Shown here in pieces: positions 11,491 through 24,630 of a stretch of DNA of 64,000 bases. Location of the stretch: contig QPGO01000001.1 of NCBI GenBank assembly GCA_008632985.1, forward strand, positions 776,404 to 840,403, given 5' to 3'. The translations under genes were made by a program, and so were the position numbers. The stretch's first letter is position 1, and every line of letters starts with the position of its first letter. The notes below the pieces were generated by a model. The model was not told the DNA's origin, did no database searches, and saw only the letters and a program-made list of their open reading frames with translations. The DNA is from Psammoneis japonica. Taxonomy: Eukaryota.

Positions 11491-13387
11491 CCTGACAGTT
11501 CGAAAAGCCAGGAAGGACCTGCTGCAGCTGGCAGTCCGGTCGTACAGGCCCTTCTTCTTCATTTGATGTTGGCTTTGGAGTTGGTTCTTGTGTTGCTTCT
11601 GTCGGAGTCGGTGTTTGTTCCTGCGTTGCCGTCCTGTTTCGGATCTCTTCCAGTAGCCCTTGTACCATGATTGCATTCTCGGCACCAGGATCGCCGCCAA
11701 TCAATCCTTCTGTCAAACACGCAGGATTGTCGCCGCATCGCGCATTCAACTCTTCGGAAGCCATTTCGGTCGTCACTGAGCCCGGGTACGCCAAGTCACA
11801 GTTGGCCGCGTAATCGTCAAATGTGACGCCATCGGTATAAGCAAAAAGAGATTCGGATGAATCTCGCAAACACCAATTGGTCGTACAGTACTCGTAGGCA
11901 TCCTCATACAAAAGTCCATCCTTGGACAATGGAACTTGTAGGCTGTTGCCGTCAGCGTCCATCCAATCGTCCATAATGTCCTTGTTGGGAGTTCCCAAAA
12001 GGCCAACGACGGTGGCGAAAGCCTCGTCCTCGGGTAGACAGACAAACGTATCCAAGAAGCAGCCAAGCGCTGAAGACGCCATGACCTTGGCCGTGACTGA
12101 TGTTCCCGACGACAAGTACAAGATATTGATCAAACTGTTACTCACCACGGTCACTTGTACGTTGTCATCTTGATATCCGTCCAAGACACTACGACGAGCG
12201 CCATCAACCCAGAAATCGACAAGGCACACGTCCACCTTTTCCGTTGTGTCAGTAGCCGAGGCTGGAAACTCGACTTGAATGGTTGGAGTTTGGGGGTTAG
12301 AAACGGCAATGGCAGTAATCTTACTGACCCGCTTGTCCCTTTCCAAAGCTTCAAATCGCGCCTGGACTTGGAGTGGAGAAGACCGCAAAAGGACAAATTC
12401 GCCAGCGGCTTGACAATCATACTCAAGATTATCAAACGTAGTCAAATGCGGCTCTCCCCACGCAAGAGCGACCGCTCCGACACATTGCGGAGTAATGTCT
12501 TGGGATGACACTGATGGTGGCGTGCTATCATTGGAGCTGCTTCCGCCAATGAGTGCTATTATGAGACCAACTAATCCGCCAATCACGGCGCAAATGCCGG
12601 CAACCAGAAGAAATCGATTGCGCGGTTTGGACCACCATTCTCTCATGCAACCATCCTTGGCGAGCTCGGCTGGATATGCCACTGGCAAATTCGTGGACGA
12701 AGCCAGAGGCATGTCGTTGTTGTCACTAGTTGTTGCAGCAGGACGAGTCGCACATTCCACATCGTAGTCACTTGCAGAGGCATCATCGTCGCCACCTTCA
12801 CGATATGCGCCAGGATACGACATGGCTGACTCTTCTTCGTGAGGTCGTGTAGGCGATGGAGCGGCCTCTTGATTATTCGTTCCAGAGCTGCGCGCAGTGT
12901 CTCGGGGAGTTTCTCCAGTTGTAGAGTCTCTAGTAGTAGTGACATGGGCCGTTTTCTTGGCTACGTCCGATTTTGCATTCTTCTTGGACACATTGCCAGC
13001 CTTCTCCGTTTGGCTACTACGACGCCTGGGCATCTTTGGACGAATCGAATCCACAGGGTCCTCGGCGTCGGGTCCATTGCGATGCTTGATGGGATGTTCA
13101 CGATTCTCCATTGTGTACTGCTCTGCCAAACTTGCGTTGCTCTTTCTATGCCACGTTGGAGGTTCTTGATGAGGCTGAACAGGCTCTTTGTCCCTGGAAT
13201 CATCATCTCTGCGAGCTTCTTCAGGATTTACTTTGGGCCCATTGTCTTCTTGGAGAACCGGTTTCTTGGTCTTACTGTGATGATGATGGTGTTTGCTTCC
13301 TTGGCGCTTGTGATTCTTCTTTTTACGATGGCCTTGCTTCTTCTTTTTTGATTCTGCTGCTTTTGGTTCTGTCGTTGATTCATCCAT
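8777..13387 (-). CDS. Large type II membrane protein with von Willebrand factor type D-like domain followed by five tandem ~184-aa domains; split by apparent assembly indels
   Basis: Likely start MDESTTEPK at 13387, YPGAY motif, TM helix (FLLVAGICAVIGGLVGLIIALI). VWD motifs WGEPHLTTFDNLEYDCQAAGEFVL and VVGLLG. ORF pieces 11258-13462, 10908-11237, 10661-11083, 10359-10787, 10112-10426, 9714-10061 and 8777-9748 tile one repeated protein. Confidence 0.85.
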
Positions 13388-14308
13388 CTTGTAACGTCGC
13401 TTAATTAGCAATTGGTTGGCACGTTTTCTTTCGCACTGATAGTCCGGTGTCTCTTGTTCCAATGAATGATTGTGAAAATTTGTGTCGACAATGGTAAAGC
13501 GGGAAATCTTTTTTTACGGCGATTGTGACACTTTGTGAGGGTTCGCAATCAAGTCCGCTGCCACGTACCCCGTTTCGGGTTCTCATTCATTCACGAGTCG
13601 TCTTCCCATAACTGCCCTGAAAATTGGCTGAAGCTCTCCATGTGGAGAAAGAAAGAGAATCAATCGCAAGAGAGACCCACTTTTCTTGCTCTTGCAACAA
13701 GATGGTATGGCGTCCATGATGGTATTGTGGCTTGTTTCCAAATAAACAAACGCCATGGAGAACAAGGCGTTCACAACCCGGACTGATCGATCGTGCGTTT
13801 CGTGCGGCAGCAAGCGTGACTGGAAACCCGCATTGAGCTTTACTTATGCCCTGCGTAAGCTGCTAGTGGAAGGATACAGTGCAAAGTACATTTTTGTCGT
13901 ACGAGCGTGTTCCTACAGTTATCATTCGTATGGTGGACACAAAAATGTCCACCAAATCGTCATTCGATGACCCGATGACCCGAGATCCAACTGCAACAAG
14001 AGAAGGTTGTTGACAAGCTCGTTGGTGGCACCCATGTCAAACAACTTGGAGAGTGAGATGGACTGCAACACCATGATGATGGGTGGTCGGTGGTGGCAAT
14101 GGACTTCTTCCCTGAGCAGATCCTCTTTTTGCTTTTTGCACTGCACTCTGTGGGGTTGTTGCTCAACAACAAGACAAAAACGTTGGAGCTTTTCACAGCC
14201 ACGCCAGCAGATTGGTTTGCAACTGAGTTGTGAGATGAGAGAACAGAGAGCAGGAGAGCTTTTTTAGCTGCACTCTCAAAGGTGCCTGCAGGAAATTGGT
14301 GCACAACT

Positions 14309-14631
14309 GGCCTGTTCCAGCTCCAGAGGTGATGTGCAGAGGCTGGATTCCATCACTGGCCATGCGTGAATTTGGCACAATGAACTCACTCCAGCTCCAG
14401 GTGATGCACAGAGGTTGAATTCCCATCACTGACCATGTGTGCATCTGGCACAATGAACTTGCTCCAAATTGATTTTCCCAAATTGAAGGGCAAGTGGTGC
14501 ACAAAATTTGTGTGTTTTTGTGTGCACTCCCCTTCTGATTTTCAAAAAAAACAAATTTGAAGGAGTTCAATGTGCCAACCTGCACCCTTTTTGCATGATG
14601 GATTGTGCATCACCTGGAGCTGGAACAAGCC
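14309..14631. mobile_element. MITE (copy 1) with GGCCTGTTCCAGCTCCAG terminal inverted repeats and a ~74-nt internal duplication of the left end
   Basis: TIRs 14309-14326 and 14614-14631 match at 17/18. The interior is homologous to the copy at 38664-38922. Confidence 0.8.
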
Positions 14632-15699
14632 AGGCAGCACAGCTCTGAGATGAGTTGGCTTGTTGCCAGAGTTGCAGGACGGAAGCACAGCAGCACCCCA
14701 AAAACAGATTTTGGGTTTTGTTTTGAGAGACATCTCAGAGTGACTTGCAGGCACCATTTTCTCAGTGGACTGTTGCAGCAGAGCATGCAAAAAGTTATTT
14801 GCAGATGCCAGAACCCTCAATTCACAGCAGAGTTGTTCTCCTTTTGCCAATGTTGCGCCGGCATGACACACAGATTTTTGTTTTGACGGAGTTGTTCTGC
14901 ACACTTTGATGTGGGGCAACAATGTGACAGCAGCCAACATTGCAGAATTTTTGTGGTTGGCAACAAATTGACTGTCAAAGCTCAACTCTTGCACATTCAT
15001 TGCAATCTCACCCAAGCTCCCTCTCCCCCACTTTGCATCTGGCAGAGCTCCTGCCAAAGGAGGAGCGCCAGCTGAGTTTTTTGTTTTGGCACCATGCAAC
15101 ATCAACTTCATCTTGTGTGCCAGGAAGAGCTTGGCCACAACAAAGGGTGCAAGTGACCAAACCACCAGCTCTAAATTTCAAAAGCACTGTCACTCCATTG
15201 CCAGCTGTGTGCCATTTTGCAAGGGTTGGCCAAGGGCAGTGCTGCATTGCAGTGATGCCTGTCTGAGGCAACTGGAAACAATGAGATGACACATCACAGG
15301 GTTCACAGCTTTCTGTCTTGTTGGAGCTGCAGCTGTCACAGCTGCCTCACCACGACAACAAAGGATGGTGGTCACACTCAGAACTTGGTTCAAGAGCCGC
15401 ACAAAAAGTGAGGCAGGAGCATGGCTTCTAAAAACCACAAACTTGTGCTCATCAAAAAGAGACCCAACTTCACACCTTGAAGCACTGCAACGACAGCTGC
15501 CTGGGGGGGAGGGCATGAGAAACAGGAGCACTTGATGTTGTGAAGAGTCAGGGGTCATCAGAGGAAACATTCATCTCATGCAGAAACGACACCAGAGAGA
15601 GCTCTTGCAGAAATGTTGATGCATCCAACAAATGGGTGCCTGTCAAATTGATGATGTTGAATGACAGTGTTCTGAGTTGGCAAGAGTCACTCATTGTGG

Positions 15700-17790
15700 C
15701 ACCCGAATCACTCCATTGTGCTCCAACACCAACGATGGTTCCCAGGGCATTCAAGGAAACAGAAAAACCAAAAGAATCATCAGGAGCTTGGCCAATGAGT
15801 GTTTGACCGAGTTGGCTCCATGACAATTTGTCACGGTTGCATTGGAACAATCGAACTGATCCCGAATTCTTGGCGTTTTCCGTGTCATCTCAATGCGCTC
15901 CAACAGCAAGAATGTCACCCGCATCCGAGAGCAAAACAGAAATGCCAAATTGATCATTGGCATCTTTTCCAAGAATGTTGCCACCGAGTTGGACCCAACG
16001 ATGCATTGCCGAGTCACACTCAAATGCTCAAACATGACGGCGCAATGTTTGCCATTGTTGTTGTCATCAGCTCCAATTGCAAGAATTGCGCCGATGCCAT
16101 TGAGCAAAACAGAGTTGCCAAATCTGTCACCGCCAGTTTGTCCAATCAGTTCTTGGCCAATTTGCACCCATTGCTGGGTGCTGGAATTGCATCGCTGCAC
16201 AACAACATGGCCGGCATTGGAAGAACAATGACCTTGACTTGCTCCAATGGCTGCGACACTGCCATCACTGGACAAGGAGACCGAATCGCCAAAACAACAA
16301 TGATCAGCTTTGCCATGCAAGACTTGTCCAATGGGATTCCATGGACCGTTTGGCAGCAAACCAGGGCCAGCAGGATTGGGCCTGGGGCATGTGGTTGGAC
16401 TGAGAGTTGGACCCGGAGCAGGGTTCCTTGATGGCAGTGCCATTGGATTGCCGGTCGTTGGGCCGGAGTCCACGGTGGCAACGCGGGATCTTGTGTTGGT
16501 TGTTCTGCAACTGGAACACTGTTGGCAGGCAACGGTGTTGGAAGAGCAGCACTGGTTGAGACTTTACCAGTGACAATCAAACTGTCAAAAGTGTCACTTC
16601 CGGCATTGGCACCCGCCACCTGGAGGTCTTTTTTGCAGGCCAATCTGCTGGCAGACGTCTTGAATGGTTCAGTCGCCATGACACCCATGGAAATGTTGTC
16701 ATTGATGCTGCCGTGAAAAGCATGTGACAGCTTGATTGCACCTGACTTGCAGGGATGATTCTCCATCTGCATTCTCTTGAACCACAACAGTGTTGGCAAC
16801 CTCCAGAGATGTCTCAACATTTTGTGTGTTTGACACTTGCAAGTTTCAAGTCCGGAGATGCGAAAGCAGGCCGAGACAACAACAACGAGCACTGCAATGA
16901 TCCTCACAAACGCTTTGGTTGCAGTGGCCCACAACTCAGAATCATTTTCGTCAAACTTGGTTCCAAACCAACTAAATCCATTGCCAATCCAGAAGCTTCT
17001 TTTGTGGATATGCTGGCACCTGACTCCCACTGCTGTCTCCGCGGCTGCCACCACCGGAAGGTGCGCCAACAGCAATCCCAACAATTGCTGCAATGGCCAA
17101 AACTGCAACGCCCAGAACAATGAATTGTTTGCGAAGGCACTTGTGACCAAGCTCCTCTTCAGTGTTCTCTTCATCTTCTTCAAGTGGTGCTTGTGCTTTG
17201 CTTGCTTGTTGTTCTGTCTTACATCAGTGTCAGCAGCAGGAACCCCATCAACAACTTCTGCCTGGTGAGTTCCTGCTTCAAGATGAGCAACTCATTCCCA
17301 AAGAGCTACAAAATCCTCCCTTTCTTCTGCCAATTCAGCCATGACAAGTGGAGCATCATCATTGCATGTACGAGTGGAGTCCTCTGGAGGAGGAGGACAC
17401 ATCGTTCGATTCCGGACAAGAGCAAAACATTGTCACACCTCAGTTCCTTCCTCTTTGCACCTCTTGTCCTCCTTGATGGACAGCAAAGGCTCCAGCAGCA
17501 ACTGCACCTGCATTGTTGGAACCACAACATCTTCTTCTTCTTGACTCTGCTCTTGACGGAGGCAATGGGCAGCTTGTTGCTTTTTTCTGTGAGAAGAAGC
17601 GGCGAATTCTCCCATGGGAATTGCGTTGTCAAATTCTCCAGTGGCTTTTCATCATCCTTCTTCAAGTCAAAGGCACTGCTGCGAACACCATGCCTGTCGC
17701 CCATGTCGTCATTGTTGCACTTCAAGGGAATCTTCTTTTTGTTGTTGGAACGGTTCACAATGTCGTGATGAATGTTGTTTTGCAAAATGC
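15700..17790 (-). pseudogene. Hypermutated paralog of the FG-GAP gene at 1050-3299
   Basis: Colinear similarity (NNIHHDIVNRSNNKK, LPNGPWNPIGQVLHGKA, SQLGQTLIGQA, ALGTIVGVGAQW). Tyr is replaced by Cys (QRYN->QRCN, FQYDR->FQCNR, KYSD->KCNN). Stops and frameshifts are present. Confidence 0.92.
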
Positions 17791-20700
17791 GGAAAAAATT
17801 GCAAGAACTTGTTTCTCCCATTTGGCCATTGACAGCTGCAGGGGGTTCTCATCCATTGCCCTCATTGCTCTTTCTACAGTGTTCTGAGCAGAGAGAGAGC
17901 AGATGGAGCAGCAGAAAATTTGCGGAGAAAAATGGCAGGAAGTGGGGTTCTCATTGGACGTTGCGTTTTCTTTTTTTCCGTGTGTTCTTTGCGCTGTTGC
18001 ACGAGAAAGGCGCTGACACAGTGGACGTCAGCACTGACACAAGGATTTGCTTCCAACAGCCTCATTCGACAAAAGGCATGACCGCATGGCAGCAATGAAA
18101 TGAGTCCATTGCATTGCCTCATGGAGGTTGCTTTTTGCTGTGGCATGAGACCATGGCCTGTGGTGATGCGCAGAGTTGTTTGTTGGGATTTTTGAAATTT
18201 TCGTTGTCATTGACTTTCCTCTGTCCATCAAATTTATCATGCAGGGGTTTGTTCCTTGCAAATGGCTGTCAAAATGCAGCCAAAGTTAGGGCCTGCAGAC
18301 AGACAGCACAAGAAGGCTCAAGCAAATCAAAAAGAGAGCAGAACAAAGCTTGCGCGGTGGAGGGGCAGAGCAAGCCCCCCACAACTTGTGCCCCAGGGTG
18401 TGTTGTGCCAGCCACCACAAATTGCAGCCAAGTGCATGAATGGCTTGTGTCTGTCAAAGGCACAAAAGCACAAATCAATTTCACACACCAAAGACAGCTG
18501 TCATTCTCTCAACAATGTTGAATGCTGTTGACGACTCTGCGACAATCTGCTTCAGGTGTCACAGCTTTTGTCGCATTGCACTGGTCATTTAAATTTCCCA
18601 AACCCATCCTGCATCAACTGTGGTGCTGTCGGGTCACTGTGGAGTGCTCATTCACACTGACTGATCATGCTGCAACAAGGTTGCACCATTTTGGCGGAGG
18701 CAGCCAAAATGGGTTTTTGAGACCCAGCAAATCACCACCATGTGAGAAAAGCATTGTCAGTGGGAGAAAGTGTGCAAAAACAGACACAGAGGCTGAGGGT
18801 GAGCAGCTGATGGGGGGGGGGCAAACTTGGGAAAAGCTTCAAGAGGGAATGGCACAGCTCCAGCCAGATTGCCATCTTGTCAAAAATGTGGCATTTGAGC
18901 AAGAAGGTGTCAGCTCAGTCATCCTGGAAGACAAACACAAAACTCCTGAGCAGCAAGAGAGCACTGGATGCTGCTTCCAAATCTTCAACCCCAAGAGAAG
19001 TGGGGAGCTCCCATGACAACATCAGCAACAGTGGGGCATCACCATGCTCTTCTTGGATCTCTTTTGAAAATTTTTGCACCAGCAAATTTCAAAAAGAAAT
19101 CACCTGGGGGCAGCAAGCACACATGGTTCTTTCATCTGCCCCAGCTGCAGTGGCAGGCAAGCTTGAAACCTTGTTTTTATGAGCATCCAATTGGGGGCAA
19201 TGATGACTGTGTCATGTCACAACATGCACCCACCATGACTGGTGCTTGAAGCCATCATGAGATGTCAAAGTGCTGTTGCTCCTGCAGGGGCACAGACATT
19301 GCAAATGATGACATGCTGAATGGGGAGCATGATGCACAGCTGAAAGAGGTGAGTGGTGGAGATGACAATGAGAGTGGGGCAGCTGCATTTCCAATGATGG
19401 GCTCAATGAGCCTGAGAATGAAAAGGGGGAATGGCAGATGCACCAAGTGGCATGTTTGTGGCATGTGTGTGTGTGCTTTTTTACGCCTTGTTGAGAGCTG
19501 CTGGGAAGAGTGAAGAGTGTGCACCCTGCCCCCCACCCACCCAACCCACCCCCCACAGCAGCAAGTGTCATGAGCATGTTTTTATAAATTTGTTTGTTTG
19601 CTTGCTTTTTGTGTTCTTTGTTCAAGATGCACTTCATGCGTGAGCCGTCCAATGGCTCCTCTCAGCCATGATTGTGTGCAAAAACAAGGAAGAATTTGAA
19701 AAACTTTGCGACAATCTGTGGCTGCATTTGCAGTGTTCAGGCAAGTCCTGTGGAAGTCTGAACATTTGCTTTTCTTCTGGTGATTTCAGAAACAAAATTG
19801 GAGCCAGCAGGAAAAGGAGTGCACCCACTTTGAGAAACATGTGCAAGTTGTTCTCTGGAAGAACTGCAGAGAAAATGATGCAGATTCAAGAGAAGGCACA
19901 GTGGACCACCCCCTGTGTTGCATGCATTTTTGTGAAAGAGATGACTGGCACAGAAGAAGACTTGCAGTCTGTGCTTGTCTGAAACCAGCTCCAAACACAA
20001 ATCTCACCAACAAAGAAGAAGTTTCCCATGGGCGTCTGATGCACGGATGGCCCTCAAGCAAGCCACAAGAAATGCCTGCACTGGCAGCATGCAGAAAACT
20101 CATTGCTCCAAATGCACCAAGCTTGGAAGACGTGGCAGCATTGTTTGCTGCATTTCATGAAAGCTGGCCGTTGGATCAGAAACGACTCTCCACAATGACA
20201 AATGTGGTGCTTCAGCATGCAAAAGGATCGTCACAGGCAAGGCATTGGACAGACTGCATGCAAGGCAGCATTGAGAATGCTTGTCTCTGTCAAGGTTTTT
20301 GAAATGTTGGGCTCAGATCCATGACAGATGCCAGCAGGACTTTGATGTTCCGGTTTCAAATCAAAGTCGAGCAAGAAGCCGCCTTTTGCAAAGGTGTTGT
20401 AGGAGTTTGGCTCACCGAGATAGAAGAAATCAAATCTGTGGAAGCATTCAAGGCTCTTGTTGGTGCGGAGGTTGACAAAGAGGAAACTGTGAACGAGTCC
20501 ACTTCGAAATGATGAAGAGGATTGCTTTTTGCCACCATGGGAAGCAAGCTTCTGGAATCATTTTGAGTCAGCAAGAGGCAATCAAGGCAGCCGCTGCTTG
20601 CCAGATTCTCATCTCGAACAAGCAATTGACAACACAGTGCCGCAAATTAAAGAATGTTCACTGATGATGTTTGTCGTTGACAAATGCATGTTCGATTTGC

Positions 20701-20849
20701 AGTCTGCTCGAAACGAGCTGCAGTCAGTTGCAAACGAGCAATGCGGATCAATCGCCTGGTTTGCGGGACCCATGCAAACAAAGTTGTTAAAGGACAAAAG
20801 ACACAAGAGAAACAAGACAAAACCAGCCGGCAGGAGCCAGCATGTTGCC

Positions 20850-21450
20850 CAAAGCAGCAGACGCAGCAGGTGATGGCGCAGGATTTTGTGACATTGCCGA
20901 TGGTGTCACGGAAGGCAAGGCATTGAGCACTGGCATGCTCGACGGCATAGATGCAGGCAAGGTCGATGGCTTTGTTGACGGCATTGTGGACGGCATCGAC
21001 GTCAGCTTTGTGCTGTTTCCAACAAGCTGATGGGACAGAATCCTGAGGTTGCCGCACATGCGTTCATCATGATGGCAAACAACAGGATGGCCATTGTCAT
21101 CCACAGCCACAGCCACATGTGTGCCAACAACAAAAGCTCACTTGCGTCAACAGTTGCATCTGTTTTTTCACCTTGGCAGTTGCCATCCCTGCAGAGCAAA
21201 AGCTTGAGAATGCCGCCAGGAAATGACTGGCAGCAGCTCACGACAGGATTGCCATTGGCAGTCAGTGCAAGAGACTGGTGCCGTGTGCGAATGCTTGTCC
21301 CATTGCCTGCCACAGCTAAAATGGCATTCCCACTCTGGAAGTTGGCGTCACAGCAATGCAGCACCTTGACAGCAAACACGTCAATGCAACTCAAAACAGG
21401 ACAGCCGCTGGCGTCCAAGGCCATCGAATGTGCAAAACTTGTTCGCCATT
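20850..21450 (-). pseudogene. Remnant of a beta-propeller repeat protein (S.ALD..G.PV.SYYD-type repeats) with PS-rich tail
   Basis: Three repeats: SMALDASGCPVLSCID..KVLHCCDANF, SLALTANGNPVVSCCQ..LKLLLCRDGNC and AVAVDDNGHPVVCHHD. They are followed by an MPSTMPSTKPSTLP stalk. Confidence 0.65.
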
Positions 21451-22699
21451 GTCGTTTGTTCCAGGTGTCGGTGAGGTGTGGTGATGTGATTGTGATCGAG
21501 TGGCTCTGCAACAAATTCAATCCTGTCTTCCTTGCGGTGAGCAAGACGCACCATTTTAACATTGGAGTCAAAACCATCGAACAGTTGCATGGCAAGCCAC
21601 CTTTCGAAGTGCTGCAGATGATGCGAGCAAACCGCACCCACCCTCCACACGAGGGTGCCGACCGGTCCGGCAACCCCATGGCATGCTGGGCCCTTGATGG
21701 ATTGATGGAGTTGATGCAACGACATTGTCACAAGATGAATTTCCAGAACACCATCAAAGTTGGAAGGCGCACTCTGGTGACGTGGCCCTCATTGCCAAGT
21801 GCACTCAGTTCTCGTCCAAGGGCTGGCTGACAGCGAGACGTTTGAGTGCAAATGCGTGGACCTGCAGGACAACGACCCCAAGCGTGACAGTGACAACCGC
21901 AAAAAAGCTGCATCAGTCCCCAGCCGAGTGCTGAGAAGCAGTTGGCAGCCGAGTTGCTCCATTTGACTCAAGCCACAGCAGAAATCCCAGGACGCAAGCC
22001 AGCCATGATTTATTTTGGAATGAATTGCCAAATGTCACTGCCAAATTGAGCTTGGAGAGCGAAGATGAAAGGATGGCACGTTGGCCAGAAGACTGTCGAA
22101 CGGAGGAAGAGATGTTGCTGTCATCGGTGGTGGATGCGACACACGACAATGACACGAACGATGGCGAGACCCATGTGGAAGCAGCTGCGGTTACAATGGC
22201 AGAAGAGCTGGAGGGGACGGTTGATGGCAACGAGGCATCGGACGATGCAATGGATGAGCCAGAGGCATTGGTGACAATGGATCCTGTGTTGATTGGCGCG
22301 CCACATGATGATGAGGCGGATGAAATGGAGGAAGCAACGGACGACGAGGTTGAAGAAGGTGCAGCTGCGTTGCGTCGGAAACCATCGATGTGAAAGTGGG
22401 AAAGCGCAGCGTTGGCAAAATGGCGCAGGCCGCGACAAACGTCCTGGGGTTCAAGGACGTGTTCAAGGTGGGAAAAGAGAAAATGAAAAAGAAAAATTTA
22501 CAACAGACACAATGTCAGGCGAAAGCACGTGAGACACGACTTTGGGAATCATTGAAAGAACCGTTGTTTCGAGAAAACACCGGTGAGGAGGCTGATGAAA
22601 TGCTGCAAGAAGCATTTGACCGGCTGCGATCGCCAGTGTGACAATGCATGTTAATCTGATGTGCAAGCAGCACACATCAACAACAAATGTTTTATTTGG

Positions 22700-24630
22700 T
22701 GCATGTGTTTTCCCAAAACGAATCATGATGCATGGCCAAATCCATTGTGCCGGGTGCACTCAATGCAAGGGCTAACGTGATGCAATGCTTGTCAGATTCA
22801 TCCTCAGCTGGCTCGCAAACGAGAATGCCAGCCGCAATGAGGACCAAAGGGGTTTGCTTGACAGCCTTTGGCTCAACCTTTGCTGCAGAGCTTTGGAACA
22901 ACAAAGATGGCATGCTTGGGAACCGAGCGAATGGCATCGACAACCAAATCTGCCAGGCGCAGCTTCTGGATTGCATGCTCGCCATGCACAAACACTTTAA
23001 AAAGCATGGATGCAACGCCAGATCGATTCAAAGTTGGACAAAGATCCACGTGTTTTCCGTGACAACAGGTGCAGGCGCCGCAAGGATTCAAAAAACGGGG
23101 GTCGACCGTGCTTGCATGCGTTGGATGAGAAAGCAGCACCTCCCAGGACGCTTGATGGCAACAAACGGGCAACAGAAGCAGACGGAGAACCTGCATCAAG
23201 TCAAGAAGCTGTGCCGCCTTGCGTCGCGCGAAACCTTCCGTTCCGCCGGGTCTGTGATTCAATGGAACAAATGAACAAAAGTTTCAAGAGAGATGAAAGC
23301 ACGGCAAAAGCAACCCTGCAAAGCACTGCTGCATCCAGCACGGCCTTTCTCCTGATTCATGTTGACAACGGAGGGAGGGAAATCGATTCTGAAAACACGG
23401 CAATGTGTTGAGAGTCAATGCCGGCATTGGAAGCCCTGCTGGCAGCACAAAGAAACCGCGGTCTCTGCGGAGCGTCCTGTGCTGACAAATCCGTCCCAAT
23501 GAAAGTCGAAATGTGGTGAGCCTTTTGTTCCTTGGTGAGGGCACCAACAAGTGGAATGACGTCCAACAAATGACAGGCGTCCTGCGATCCAGCCACAACT
23601 CGAGATCATTGTGGAAGGATTCAATTTTCGTGCGGCGGTTGGAGTGCACAATGCATTTGGTGTCATTGGTTGCAGCAGCCAGCAACGGCGCCAGCAGATT
23701 TGACATCACCGTGAATGGGCGGTCACTGCAGGACACAAGAAACGAAACATTCCGGTGCATCATGTCCCAGGGAGGTGGCCAACAGTGGTCTTGAATTTTG
23801 AATCCAATCAAACCCTCCATGGAAGAGAGAATGCACGCAGTGCAGGTTGCCGTCCATGGGAGGAACGGAGTGGAACATTGCGCAACATGACAGAAAAAAA
23901 CATTGCGCAGCTGTTGAAATGCTTCCCGATAAGAAAGCCCGAAACTCACAAAGAGATGGATTTCATCCAATGCCAGGAGCCAAAGCAATCCGTTTGATGC
24001 AAATGTCAGAATGAGCTGAACAAGCCACTCATCAGACACAAGCAACTGAGGTGAAGAAAAAAGAAATGTTGTCCCGTGAACCGCCATCGGCAGATGCTGC
24101 ATCAAAGAACAAAACTCCTGCAGGAGTGATGGATGTTGGAAAACTTCATCCAAATGGAAGGAAGTTGCAGGACCGTGTGATGGATGTTGCATTGCACGGT
24201 TCATGATTTTACGGCATTGATCCGAACCCAATGACAACAAGGGAACAATCGCAAGGACGACACCCTTGAGGCAAACACCAACAATGTCTCGCACAAGGGA
24301 CTTTCCACCCCCAGTGGGGCGGACAAGCAACAAAGGTTTCGCAGGCTGATTCGGAGTGGTTTGAAGCACACGGCATGACACATCGCTCTGCCAAGCATGC
24401 GGATCCTTTTGGAAGACATCAAGAGAGACCCACAAGATGGAAGCGGCGGCAGCGTCATCGGAAAAGGTGCCATCATTTTGGCTGGAAGCGGCAACACCCG
24501 CAGAAACATCATGTGCAACAGCAGCATGTTGGTCACTCAAAATTAGAGGCATGCCGCTAGAAGGAAGCATGCCACGCACAACAGTGGAAACTGGAGAGGA
24601 AGGCAGTTCGGGGAGTGTGTGGCCAGCCAA
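22700..24630 (-). pseudogene. RecQ-like SF2 helicase pseudogene
   Basis: Motif I PTGGGKS, Ia VPLLSLGSDQ, SPQLL, motif II DEIH, motif III TAT and NAGID. A downstream Cys cluster (CGACTCC) resembles the RecQ Zn site. Frameshifted and Tyr-poor. Confidence 0.85.

Noticed and set aside
14317..14466. Repeat-spacer-like pattern resembling a CRISPR array
   Set aside because: Only two units, the supposed spacers are also homologous, and it is a duplicated MITE end in eukaryotic DNA with no cas genes.
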